62,136 bases of DNA, taken from NCBI GenBank assembly GCA_020428815.1, contig JAGQMC010000048.1:1-62136 (forward strand), given 5' to 3'. Source of the DNA: Candidatus Kaiserbacteria bacterium (GTDB lineage: Bacteria > Patescibacteriota > Minisyncoccia > Phycocordibacterales > UBA918). Position 1 is the first letter of the stretch; each line of letters opens with the position of its first letter. A program made the translations under genes and the position numbers. Of the stretch, positions 1 to 7,957 are shown piece by piece. The notes under the pieces were generated by a model. The model saw only the letters and a list, made by a program, of their open reading frames with translations, did not search any database and was not told the DNA's origin.

Positions 1-61
1 CCTTTACTTATACATAAATATCAGTACCCTCGAAAATCTCTCTTGATATAATGAATACACA

Positions 62-451
62 ATGCTCTTTCTTTCTGTCATGCAAAACTATCTTTTGTGG
101 CACTACTCACGTGCTTGGGGAGAGATTTTTCATGTCTGGTTTAATTTTCTGTGGTTTACAATTCATTTCTTTTCCATCCCACAACTAGCCCGTTCTTGGT
201 TTGCTCCATGGAAACGCATAACTGAGGATCGCGGTGACCGCTGGAGCTTTGAGGATTTAGCTGGTTACGTAATCATTGGTCTACTCTCCCGCCTAGTTGG
301 ATTTATCATCCGTACTCTAGTCATTTTGATTGGTCTAATAGCCTTAACTTTGGTGATTGTCGGCGGAGCTGGATTTTTTGTTATCTGGCTGACCCTACCG
401 CTCAGTATTATTGTTCTATTAGTTCTTGGTTTAGTGTTACTAATTAAATAG
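62..451 (+). CDS. hypothetical polytopic membrane protein
   Basis: 129-aa ORF with several hydrophobic helices (FNFLWFTIHFF, VIIGLLSRLVGFII, LIGLIALTLVIVGGAGFFVIWL, IIVLLVLGLVLL). Its stop lies 3 nt before the next ORF. No family recognised. Confidence 0.5.
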   Translation: MLFLSVMQNYLLWHYSRAWGEIFHVWFNFLWFTIHFFSIPQLARSWFAPWKRITEDRGDRWSFEDLAGYVIIGLLSRLVGFIIRTLVILIGLIALTLVIVGGAGFFVIWLTLPLSIIVLLVLGLVLLIK

Positions 452-453
452 CT

Positions 454-2892
454 ATGAGAAATTTACTAGATAGTACCAGACTATACCAACCAGTCCTCTC
501 ACTCGACTCCAAACTCAACCGTCGCTGGTTATCAAGAATACGTACAACTTGTTTCATTATTATGATTTCAAGTGGGTTGGGGGCAGTGTCATCTTCACTC
601 TGGTTAGACAGCCTGTATTTCAGCAAATTATTAGGAACTTCAGCAATTGCCGCCGCTTTATGGTTGGAGCAAGTAGCGATTTTTGCTTACCACAATAGTT
701 TTTATTTCCGTGGCTTAAATTCAATCATTGGACTAGACGAGGAAGATATTGAGGTTGCTACTTACGATGTGGCAGCAGCGGTTAATAAAAACTTAGAAGA
801 TGTCACCTTGGCTTTTTGTCAGTCTCAACTTGGCTCAGTCTCACTATTAAGAGCTGGCTTACCCCTAGAAACCCTAGATGAATTCTTAGCAAGTGAACGT
901 AGAAAGATAGTAGCCAGTTCTATTGCGCTACCAGAAGGGGAAGTCTTTAGTTTAATTGGACTAGGTAAGTATTTACTGGCGCACGATATTAGTTTCAATC
1001 GGTTACTTAAAGAAAAAGGTGTAACTGAGGACACCTTCATTGCCACCCTACGTTGGGTAATCGGTACCTATCACCAAGAAAAGCGGCGGGTCCGGTGGTG
1101 GAGCAAGGACAATTTATCTCGCACCACCGCCGTTGGTCGTGAATGGACTTATGGTACTACTTACACTCTTAATAAATTTGCGCGAGACATAAGAACCAGT
1201 GCAATATTTTCCACTTTAACAACCGATAGTGTTTTTGCCGCCGAAAAGGTCGGAGAAATCGAAGCTTCACTAGCGCGTGAGCAGTCAGCCAATGTACTCC
1301 TAGTTGGAGAAGCTGGTGTCGGTAAAACAGATTTGGTCATCGAAGTTGCTAAGCGGATGATTCTTGGTCAATCTTTAAATGCCATCGCTGGTAAACAAGT
1401 AATAGTATTGGATACCAATCGACTGTTAGCGGTCCATAGTCAAAAACAGCAGCTTGAGGTGGCCCTGCTGGAAATGTTGAGTGAGGCGGCTGAAGCTGGT
1501 AATACGATTATTGCAATTGAAAACATCAGCACTTTTATAAAAGAAGCAAATTCGCTAGGCGTATTTATTCCTGAATTGCTTGATGAATACCTAGCTTCAC
1601 CTTTAATTCAATTTATTATCACTGACACTCCGACTGCTTACCACAATCATTTAGCAACCCTGGGCACCTTTACCCGTCGTTTTGCTGAAATCCAAATAGA
1701 TAGTCCGGATCTAATTGCAACCACTAGACTGCTGCAGGGGATTGCTCTACAAAATGAGGCTAGGAATAATACCCTGTTCACCTACCCAGCTGTACGATCC
1801 ATTACTGCTGCTGCTGATCGTTACTTAGTAGAGGGAGTAATGCCAGATAAAGCCATTGAGCTTTTGGTTGACGTGGCTACCAAAGCTAAGCAAGTTAATC
1901 AAGCTTTAATCGATGAAGATTTTGTATTTGCATACGTGAGCGAAAAAACTGGGGTGCCAGCTGGACCAATCAAGGAAGCAGAAAAAGATTTATTACTAAA
2001 CTTAGAGGATAATTTGCACCAGCGAATAATTGGCCAAGCTGAAGCAGTTAGAGCCATTGCCAAAACTATGAGACGAGCTCGCATAGATATCCAAGCCGCT
2101 GATAAACCTATTGGTTCATTCTTATTTCTTGGACCAACTGGTGTAGGAAAAACTGAAACGGCTAAAGCTTTAGCCAATATTTTCTTTGGCGGGGAAGACA
2201 AGATGCAACGACTCGACATGTCTGAATTCAGTGGTAGTGATTCGCTAGAAAAATTAATCGGTAGCAATGACCAACCTGGGGTACTGTCTAACATGTTGCG
2301 CGAGCACCCTTATTGCGTATTACTATTGGATGAGTTTGAGAAAGCTAATCAGCAGGTACATGACGTCTTCTTGCAAATACTCGACGAAGGGGTATTCACT
2401 GATGGTAGAGGTTCCAGAATCAATGCCCGGAACACAATTATCATAGCCACCTCCAACGCTGGTAGTCAGTTAATTCTAAATACTGTCTCACAGCGAAAAT
2501 CTCTCACCCATCTAACTGGAGAGATTATCTCTCACATTATTCAAGCCGGTACCTTCCGTCCTGAACTAATAAATCGTTTTGACAACACAATCATATTCGA
2601 ACCACTCACCGCCGAACAACAAACTGAGGTGGCTGATCTGATGTTAGACGACCTTTATGAACGTATTAAACAAAAAGGCTACCAAGTAAGAGTAGACAGT
2701 CAACTACTGAGCCGAATGGTGCAAGCCTACTACACTCCTGAATTCGGAGCACGGCCAATGAAAAGGGCGTTGCAAGATTTAATTGAAGAAAAAGTAGCCC
2801 AAAAAATCATCGCTGGTGACATTAAGAAAGGTCAGGAGGTCCACCTTGATGTAACAGACTTTACTCGTAGTGATTTAGAACCACAGACATAA
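454..2892 (+). CDS. Clp/Hsp100-family double AAA+ ATPase with N-terminal membrane anchor
   Basis: 812 aa with two P-loops (GEAGVGKTDL; GPTGVGKTETAKALA). D2 has Walker B LLLDEFEKA and sensor-2 GARPMKRALQ. The D1 Walker B position reads VIVLDTN (no Glu). Two hydrophobic helices precede a Clp_N-like segment. Confidence 0.85.
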   Translation: MRNLLDSTRLYQPVLSLDSKLNRRWLSRIRTTCFIIMISSGLGAVSSSLWLDSLYFSKLLGTSAIAAALWLEQVAIFAYHNSFYFRGLNSIIGLDEEDIEVATYDVAAAVNKNLEDVTLAFCQSQLGSVSLLRAGLPLETLDEFLASERRKIVASSIALPEGEVFSLIGLGKYLLAHDISFNRLLKEKGVTEDTFIATLRWVIGTYHQEKRRVRWWSKDNLSRTTAVGREWTYGTTYTLNKFARDIRTSAIFSTLTTDSVFAAEKVGEIEASLAREQSANVLLVGEAGVGKTDLVIEVAKRMILGQSLNAIAGKQVIVLDTNRLLAVHSQKQQLEVALLEMLSEAAEAGNTIIAIENISTFIKEANSLGVFIPELLDEYLASPLIQFIITDTPTAYHNHLATLGTFTRRFAEIQIDSPDLIATTRLLQGIALQNEARNNTLFTYPAVRSITAAADRYLVEGVMPDKAIELLVDVATKAKQVNQALIDEDFVFAYVSEKTGVPAGPIKEAEKDLLLNLEDNLHQRIIGQAEAVRAIAKTMRRARIDIQAADKPIGSFLFLGPTGVGKTETAKALANIFFGGEDKMQRLDMSEFSGSDSLEKLIGSNDQPGVLSNMLREHPYCVLLLDEFEKANQQVHDVFLQILDEGVFTDGRGSRINARNTIIIATSNAGSQLILNTVSQRKSLTHLTGEIISHIIQAGTFRPELINRFDNTIIFEPLTAEQQTEVADLMLDDLYERIKQKGYQVRVDSQLLSRMVQAYYTPEFGARPMKRALQDLIEEKVAQKIIAGDIKKGQEVHLDVTDFTRSDLEPQT

Positions 2893-2926
2893 AAGTGCTG
2901 CGACCCACAGGCCGCAGCACTTTTAT
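2891..2926 (+). terminator. intrinsic terminator after the Clp ATPase gene
   Basis: Stem gtgctgcg (2895-2902) / cgcagcac (2913-2920), followed by tttt. Confidence 0.75.
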
Positions 2927-2991
2927 ATGAAAACAACCTTATTTTAAACGATATTGGTCAAGACTATTAGTCTGACATACAATATATATGT

Positions 2992-3873
2992 ATGAATACA
3001 AAAAATATTGTAATTGGAGTTTTATTACTCGTTATTATTGGGGCGATTGCTTACTTGGCAATGAACCAAGGAGATACCGTGGTAACGGTAGAACCGACTA
3101 CTGAAGAAGTGCCTATCACACCAACTGAATCAGATGACGGAATCGGTGATGGTGCTGAACCTTTACCAGTTGTTACTGAAAGAGGTAGCGAAACTGTAAT
3201 TGGAGAATCTGTTAATGGTACAGATATAATCGCTTACCACTTTGGTGACGGTGAGAGAGAGGTGTTACTAATTGGTGGAACGCATGGTGGCTACTCACCA
3301 AACACTACTGCTTTGGCTAAAGAAGCGATTGAATTCTTTAATGACAATGAAGTAGATATACCAGCAGGAGTAACCTTGACTATTATTCCAACCTTAAACC
3401 CGGACGGTCTAACAAAAACCGGAGCGGCTGGTCGATTTAATGCTAACGAGGTTGACTTGAACCGGAACTTTGACTGCGATTGGTCAGCCACTGCCGTGTG
3501 GCGCGACCGTGAAGTTAGCGGTGGAAGCGCTGCCTTTTCTGAACCAGAAGCAGCCGCGTTGCGTGATTATGTCGAGACAAATGACCCGCAGGCCGCAATT
3601 GTACTCTTCAGTGCTGAAGGTAAAGTATACCCATCAGCTTGTGATACAACACCAAGCAAAGCTTCAATCCAGCTAGCAGCTAATTATGCAACAGCTGCCG
3701 GATATCCAGCCGAAGCAGAGTTTGATGCCTATGCTATCACTGGCGACATGGTGAATTGGTTGGCAAAACAGAGTATTCCAGCCATTAGTGTCTTGTTGTC
3801 TAATCATGAGAATACCGAATGGACAAAAAATAAAGCCGGCATTATGGCTGTACTAGAATCATACGAAGAATAA
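2992..3873 (+). CDS. M14 carboxypeptidase-fold protein with substituted catalytic residues (predicted inactive paralog), membrane-anchored
   Basis: Aligns along its length with the next ORF (NPDG, GRFNANxVDLNRNFDC, AAFSEPEAAALRDYV). It has HGGYS instead of HGGYE, VLFSAEG instead of VFWHSKA, and ISVLLS instead of ITVELG. N-terminal TM helix. Confidence 0.7.
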   Translation: MNTKNIVIGVLLLVIIGAIAYLAMNQGDTVVTVEPTTEEVPITPTESDDGIGDGAEPLPVVTERGSETVIGESVNGTDIIAYHFGDGEREVLLIGGTHGGYSPNTTALAKEAIEFFNDNEVDIPAGVTLTIIPTLNPDGLTKTGAAGRFNANEVDLNRNFDCDWSATAVWRDREVSGGSAAFSEPEAAALRDYVETNDPQAAIVLFSAEGKVYPSACDTTPSKASIQLAANYATAAGYPAEAEFDAYAITGDMVNWLAKQSIPAISVLLSNHENTEWTKNKAGIMAVLESYEE

Positions 3874-4763
3874 TGACAAACACCATAAAAATTTTTGCCG
3901 GTCTGGCTGGTTTAATCTTGATTGGTGGCTTAGTACTGTGGCTAACTAGGCCGGCACCGGAGGTGCCGGCCCCAGTCGACACTATTCCAACTCCGATAGC
4001 ACCAGTCACACCCACTACTACCAAAAGCATAATTGGTCAGTCGGTAGAAGGTAGAGATATTGAAGCTTACACCTATGGCACCGGGGAAAGTACTTTACTT
4101 TTTGTGGGCGGTATTCATGGTGGCTATGAGTGGAACAGTAGCTTACTGGCCTACGAAATGATGGACTATTTGGAAGATAACTTAAACTCAATTCCTAGCA
4201 ACTTAACTGTACATATAATTCCTAACCTAAATCCTGATGGATTATTTGCCGCCACTAGACTGGAAGGTGAGTTTAAAGCATCACACATTCTTTCGTATGA
4301 CATGCACACCACTGGTGAAGGTAGGTTCAATGCTAATGGAGTAGACTTGAACCGGAACTTCGATTGTAAGTGGGCTCCGGAAAGTTCTTGGCGCGGCCAA
4401 ACTGTTAGTGCTGGCACAGCAGCTTTTTCAGAACCAGAAGCAGCCGCGTTGCGTGATTACGTGATTAAAACATCGCCGGAAGCAGTGGTCTTCTGGCACA
4501 GCAAAGCTGACAATGTTTATGCTTCTGAGTGTGAGGATGGGGTACTCCCTGAAACACTTACCGTCATGAACGCTTACGCTGAAGCTGGTAACTATGGAGC
4601 AGTACCTAGTTTTGACGCCTACCCTGTAACCGGTGATGCGGAAGGTTGGTTAGCCTCTATAAATATTCCGGCTATTACTGTGGAGCTGGGCAGTCGCACC
4701 AGTACTGAGTGGGAACAAAACCTGGCTGGTACAACCGACATCTTAGACTTATACGGAAAATAA
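3873..4763 (+). CDS. M14-family zinc carboxypeptidase, membrane-anchored
   Basis: Motifs IHGGYEW, NPDG, DLNRNF, FWHS and ITVELG resemble the M14 zinc-ligand and catalytic-Glu motifs. The start overlaps the upstream stop by 1 nt (taATGa). N-terminal TM helix. Confidence 0.8.
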   Translation: MTNTIKIFAGLAGLILIGGLVLWLTRPAPEVPAPVDTIPTPIAPVTPTTTKSIIGQSVEGRDIEAYTYGTGESTLLFVGGIHGGYEWNSSLLAYEMMDYLEDNLNSIPSNLTVHIIPNLNPDGLFAATRLEGEFKASHILSYDMHTTGEGRFNANGVDLNRNFDCKWAPESSWRGQTVSAGTAAFSEPEAAALRDYVIKTSPEAVVFWHSKADNVYASECEDGVLPETLTVMNAYAEAGNYGAVPSFDAYPVTGDAEGWLASINIPAITVELGSRTSTEWEQNLAGTTDILDLYGK

Positions 4764-4780
4764 AACTTGAGTTAAAAATT

Positions 4781-4810
4781 GGCCGGCACCTAAAGGTGCC
4801 GGCCATTTTC
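4781..4810 (+). terminator. intrinsic terminator after the M14 pair
   Basis: ggccggcacc-taaa-ggtgccggcc (10-bp GC-rich stem), followed by atttt. Confidence 0.8.
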
Positions 4811-4907
4811 ATTTCCTATAAAATTCTAACGCCTACCCAGATTAATTATGACCTCTTAGCTACAGTAAAAATATTACAGCCCCACATCTCTACACCAAGT
4901 GATACAC

Positions 4908-4936
4908 AAACCTCGCGGTTAACCGCGAGGTTTTTA
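4908..4936. terminator. second palindromic terminator-like hairpin between convergent genes
   Basis: Perfect palindrome cctcgcggttaaccgcgagg (4911-4930), flanked by aaa on the left and ttttt on the right. Confidence 0.55.
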
Positions 4937-4992
4937 GTAATGCAAAAAGTAACTAGGGAAGTGTAGTGGGCACGTACATCTTTCCTCAACAC

Positions 4993-5904
4993 CTATTTAC
5001 TATGAAACTTTTTGTGCACTTCGCGCAGATGTTTATCGGTGACATGCGTATACACCTGAGTGGTGTTGATACTGGCATGACCGAGTAGTGCTTGTACACT
5101 TCTGATGTCAGCACCATTTTGTAGCAAGTCTGTTGCGAAGCTGTGACGGATGACGTGGGGAGTTACTTTGCGCGTAATGCCAGCCTGCGCAGCGTATTTT
5201 TTTATCAGCCTCTGCACGGCGCGAGGAGAAAGACGTAAGTCACCGCCGTCATTCATCTTTCTTCCGTAACGAACGAAAAGTGCGTCGTCCATGTCTTTGC
5301 GATTTTTTAAATAATCTTGAAGCGCACTGCGGGCTCCGTCAGAAATAAACACCACGCGAATTTTGTCTCCTTTACCACGGACGGAAAATTCATCGCGCGT
5401 TAAATCTACATCATCAATCGACAGAGAGCAGAGTTCTGAGATACGCAGTCCAGTAGAGAAGAGGAGTTCCAAAATTGCTTTGTCTCTTTTTCCTTCCAGT
5501 TGCTTTGTGTTGGGTGCCGTCATCAGTCGCTTTAGTTCTTTGGAAGAAATCAAATCAAGTGACCGATCAGGTACTTTCGCCAACTCAATTAACTCTGGTG
5601 AAATTGCTTCAATTTCTAATTTACGTAAATACTTTAAAAATGCTCGAAGGGCAATCAAATAATAATTTTGCGTGCGACGCTTCATAGGCTCCATCCGACT
5701 ACCAACTTTTGTACCTGGCTGTCGATTGAGAAAGAGTCTAAATTCACGCACGTTTTTTTCTGTAATATCTTTAGGTTTCACAGCTTTGGCAAACTCAAAA
5801 TAACGCTCGAGGTAGCGATCATAGTTTTCTACCGTCTTTACACTCCTACCCCTTTCGATTTCTAGGTACTCTAAAAATTGTGTTTTAAGTTCCACTAAGT
5901 TCAT
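4993..5904 (-). CDS. xerC: tyrosine recombinase, XerC/XerD family
   Basis: 303 aa with an N-terminal SAM-like core-binding region. C-terminal catalytic motifs: GLRISEL, HVIRHSFATDLL, LLGHASINTTQVYTHV. Confidence 0.85.
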   Translation of the reverse strand: MNLVELKTQFLEYLEIERGRSVKTVENYDRYLERYFEFAKAVKPKDITEKNVREFRLFLNRQPGTKVGSRMEPMKRRTQNYYLIALRAFLKYLRKLEIEAISPELIELAKVPDRSLDLISSKELKRLMTAPNTKQLEGKRDKAILELLFSTGLRISELCSLSIDDVDLTRDEFSVRGKGDKIRVVFISDGARSALQDYLKNRKDMDDALFVRYGRKMNDGGDLRLSPRAVQRLIKKYAAQAGITRKVTPHVIRHSFATDLLQNGADIRSVQALLGHASINTTQVYTHVTDKHLREVHKKFHSK

Positions 5905-5985
5905 GTAGAAACATTATAGCAACTGAGCAAAATGTTTTGCGACATAATGTAACGGAAGTTTGATACGACACTTAGATGTTACTTC

Positions 5986-6046
5986 TTCAGACACGAATCA
6001 AGTTCTCTGCTCAGACGTTCAGGAGACGTCTTCCGCAAGGTCTTCA
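5986..6046. repeat. left copy of a 61-bp inverted repeat (partner 6929-6989)
   Basis: TTCAGACACGAATCAAGTTCTCTGCTCAGACGTTcAGGAGACGTCTTCCGCAAGGTCTTCA. The reverse complement of 6929-6989 differs at one position. Confidence 0.9.
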
Positions 6047-6087
6047 GAAGGAACATCTAAATGCCGTTATCATAGTTACGCTACAAC

Positions 6088-6115
6088 TTGATTTTTTATT
6101 TTTTTGTGCTATGAT
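6088..6115 (+). promoter_or_regulatory. candidate rpsO promoter (extended -10)
   Basis: TTGATT, 16-nt spacer, then TGcTATGAT. It lies about 105 nt upstream of the rpsO ATG. Confidence 0.4.
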
Positions 6116-6219
6116 TGCCGGAACCTTCGCAGGTTATTATTCCGTACCAAGCGGTGCCGCCGATGTTTCACAACCTATGCGCGGACATCTACACTGCTAG
6201 TTACGTAACAGAAATTACT

Positions 6220-6486
6220 ATGCTATCAAAGCGAATAAAAGAAAATGCCATCAAGAATACTCAGCGCCATGACAAAGATACTGGTTCTCCAGAAGCGCAG
6301 GTATCTCTCTTGACTCGTCAGATTGAGGAACTTTCTAAGCACTTACGAAAGCACAAGAAAGATTTTCACTCACGACGCGGTCTACTACAGATGGTGGCAG
6401 ACCGACGCAAGCACTTAAAGTACTTGCAAAAGAAAGATGAGAAAGCGTACGATGCGCTCATCAAAAAACTTGGTCTGAAGCGTTAA
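6220..6486 (+). CDS. rpsO: 30S ribosomal protein S15
   Basis: Internal Met of the 6115 ORF gives 88 aa: [62 protein letters not shown], which is typical S15. The upstream 35 codons are not S15-like. Confidence 0.95.
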   Translation: MLSKRIKENAIKNTQRHDKDTGSPEAQVSLLTRQIEELSKHLRKHKKDFHSRRGLLQMVADRRKHLKYLQKKDEKAYDALIKKLGLKR

Positions 6487-6504
6487 TCGTTTCACACTCA
6501 AATA

Positions 6505-6532
6505 ATTCGCTCCAGCATATGGAGCGATTTTG
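6505..6532 (+). terminator. rpsO intrinsic terminator
   Basis: tcgctcca (6507-6514) / tggagcga (6520-6527), followed by tttt. Confidence 0.7.
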
Positions 6533-6839
6533 GAACCTGACCACAAGCTCATAACGAGCTAAAGTGGTCAAAAATTTGAGCGAAAGATGGATAGTTTGAA
6601 TAACCATATAAATATATGGTGATGAAAAATAGACAACTTGCAGCCAAATTTTTGACCACGACGCCGTGAAACAAATATTTTATTTTGTGTTTGTGTTGAG
6701 CTTGTGGTTAGGTTCCTAGTTTCGCGGTATAGTGTAAACAAGCCAAGAGACTTAGCCATTCATCAGAATGTTTTTTGAGACTCAACGGCTTTGGCTTCGC
6801 CTGCAGATGTTTCCCTACAAAAACATTCTGGCGAATGGC
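6532..6839 (+). ncRNA. structured intergenic RNA candidate (nested long helices), class unknown
   Basis: Helices are 6532-6550/6698-6716 (19 bp with one G-U on the + strand), 6564-6578/6645-6659 (15 bp perfect), 6603-6610/6613-6620, and 6755-6775/6819-6839 (21 bp with 1 mismatch and 1 wobble). No credible ORF. Confidence 0.3.
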
Positions 6840-6908
6840 CCCACAAACCTTATCAACTATTTTGTTAGGTTTGTAATTTATAAACTATCTGTTTCACGCA
6901 TTGTTCCA

Positions 6909-7009
6909 GAGCCGCAGTAGCGACCTCTTGAAGACCTTGCGGAAGACGTCTCCTAAACGTCTGAGCAGAGAACTTGATTCGTGTCTGAAAGAGGTCGCTA
7001 CTGCGGCTC
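6909..7009. repeat. perfect 20-bp-stem hairpin whose 61-nt loop is the right copy of the inverted repeat (6929-6989)
   Basis: gagccgcagtagcgacctct (6909-6928) is the exact reverse complement of 6990-7009. These arms directly abut the 61-bp repeat copy. Confidence 0.9.
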
Positions 7010-7040
7010 CAGTCACAAAATTTAAATATAAAAAACAATT

Positions 7041-7658
7041 ATGGGAGTAATCCGACACCCCGACCAAAGAGTCGCGGTAATCATTGATACACAAAATCTG
7101 TATCATAGTGCAAAAAATTTATACAAATCAAAAGTAAACTTTGGAGCTGTGGTTGAAGCGGCCGTGCAGGGGAGGAAATTAGTGAGAGCTGTTTCATACG
7201 TAGTAAATACTGAGAGTGGAGAAGAGTCAGCTTTTTTCGAAGCCTTAGAAAAGGTTGGTATCGAAATCAAAACTAAAGACTTGCAAGTTTTTTACGGTGG
7301 CGCCAAAAAGGCCGACTGGGATGTTGGTATGGCAGTTGATGCCATCAAGATTGCTCATAAAGTTGATGCGATTGTTTTTGCAACTGGTGATGGCGATTTT
7401 ATTCCAGCCGTAGAGTACATACAAAATCTTGGCTGCCAAGTTGAGGCGATAACTTTTGGTCGATCTTCATCTTCTGGACTACGTTCAGCGATAGATGATT
7501 TCATTGACCTAGATGAAGATCCAAAAAAGTTCTTGATTGGTTACCGACCAAGCAAGAAGCGCACTAGCAATAAATCTAGAAAAAACAGCCACAAAAAATC
7601 AGAGTCGACAGCAGCTACCAAAGTAGTTGGTTCAGACACTGATGGATTACTTGATTAA
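7041..7658 (+). CDS. NYN-domain (LabA/DUF88-like, PIN-fold) putative ribonuclease with basic C-terminal tail
   Basis: VAVIIDTQNLYHSAKNLY ... FATGDGDFIPAVEYIQNLGCQVEAITF matches the NYN/LabA pattern. The tail is Lys/Ser/Arg-rich. Confidence 0.8.
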   Translation: MGVIRHPDQRVAVIIDTQNLYHSAKNLYKSKVNFGAVVEAAVQGRKLVRAVSYVVNTESGEESAFFEALEKVGIEIKTKDLQVFYGGAKKADWDVGMAVDAIKIAHKVDAIVFATGDGDFIPAVEYIQNLGCQVEAITFGRSSSSGLRSAIDDFIDLDEDPKKFLIGYRPSKKRTSNKSRKNSHKKSESTAATKVVGSDTDGLLD

Positions 7659-7662
7659 GCTA

Positions 7663-7694
7663 ATGGCCGACACATCAGTGTCGGCCATTTTTAA
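7663..7694 (+). terminator. intrinsic terminator after the NYN gene
   Basis: atggccgacac-atca-gtgtcggccat (11-bp stem), followed by ttttaatt. Confidence 0.8.
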
Positions 7695-7957
7695 TTGTAG
7701 CGCTAGAATTTTTTTTAGTTGTTTGGTATTGTCAAACACGTTACAAGTAAAGCGAGTGCAAAACAACAGTTGCCAACTATTTGGACAAGAAGGAGTGTTA
7801 ATTAATTCTTACCTGTCGGTTGTCAAAATTCGGTAAATTTTTTAATACACATTATTATGTGTAGATAAAATTTTTTCGGATTTTGCCAATCATATAGGGG
7901 TAGAAAATACTTTCTCTTTCTCAACTTCAATTGTTCACTCTTAAAAATATAATTGAA

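Noticed and set aside
4811-4936. Small RNA between the two tandem terminator hairpins downstream of the M14 genes
   Set aside because: I could not find a convincing promoter or internal structure. The second palindrome may simply serve the convergent xerC gene. I left both as terminator features.
4993-5904. The tyrosine recombinase as a prophage or ICE integrase marking a mobile element
   Set aside because: The sequence is XerC/XerD-like along its full length. There is no adjacent tRNA, no att-like direct repeats and no phage or transfer genes. The neighbours are housekeeping genes. The link to the 61-bp inverted repeat is kept as a hypothesis only.
6755-6775. CUGAUGA (minus strand, 6761-6767) as a hammerhead ribozyme core
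   Set aside because: The hairpin following it is not followed directly by GAAA, and no stem I / stem III arrangement or cleavage-site triplet could be built.
5976-7106. ORFs 5976..6200 (+), 6568..6759 (-) and 6894..7106 (-) around rpsO
   Set aside because: They run through the 61-bp inverted repeat, hairpin arms or long helices. They have no family resemblance and poor start contexts. The sequence is better explained as structured non-coding DNA or RNA.
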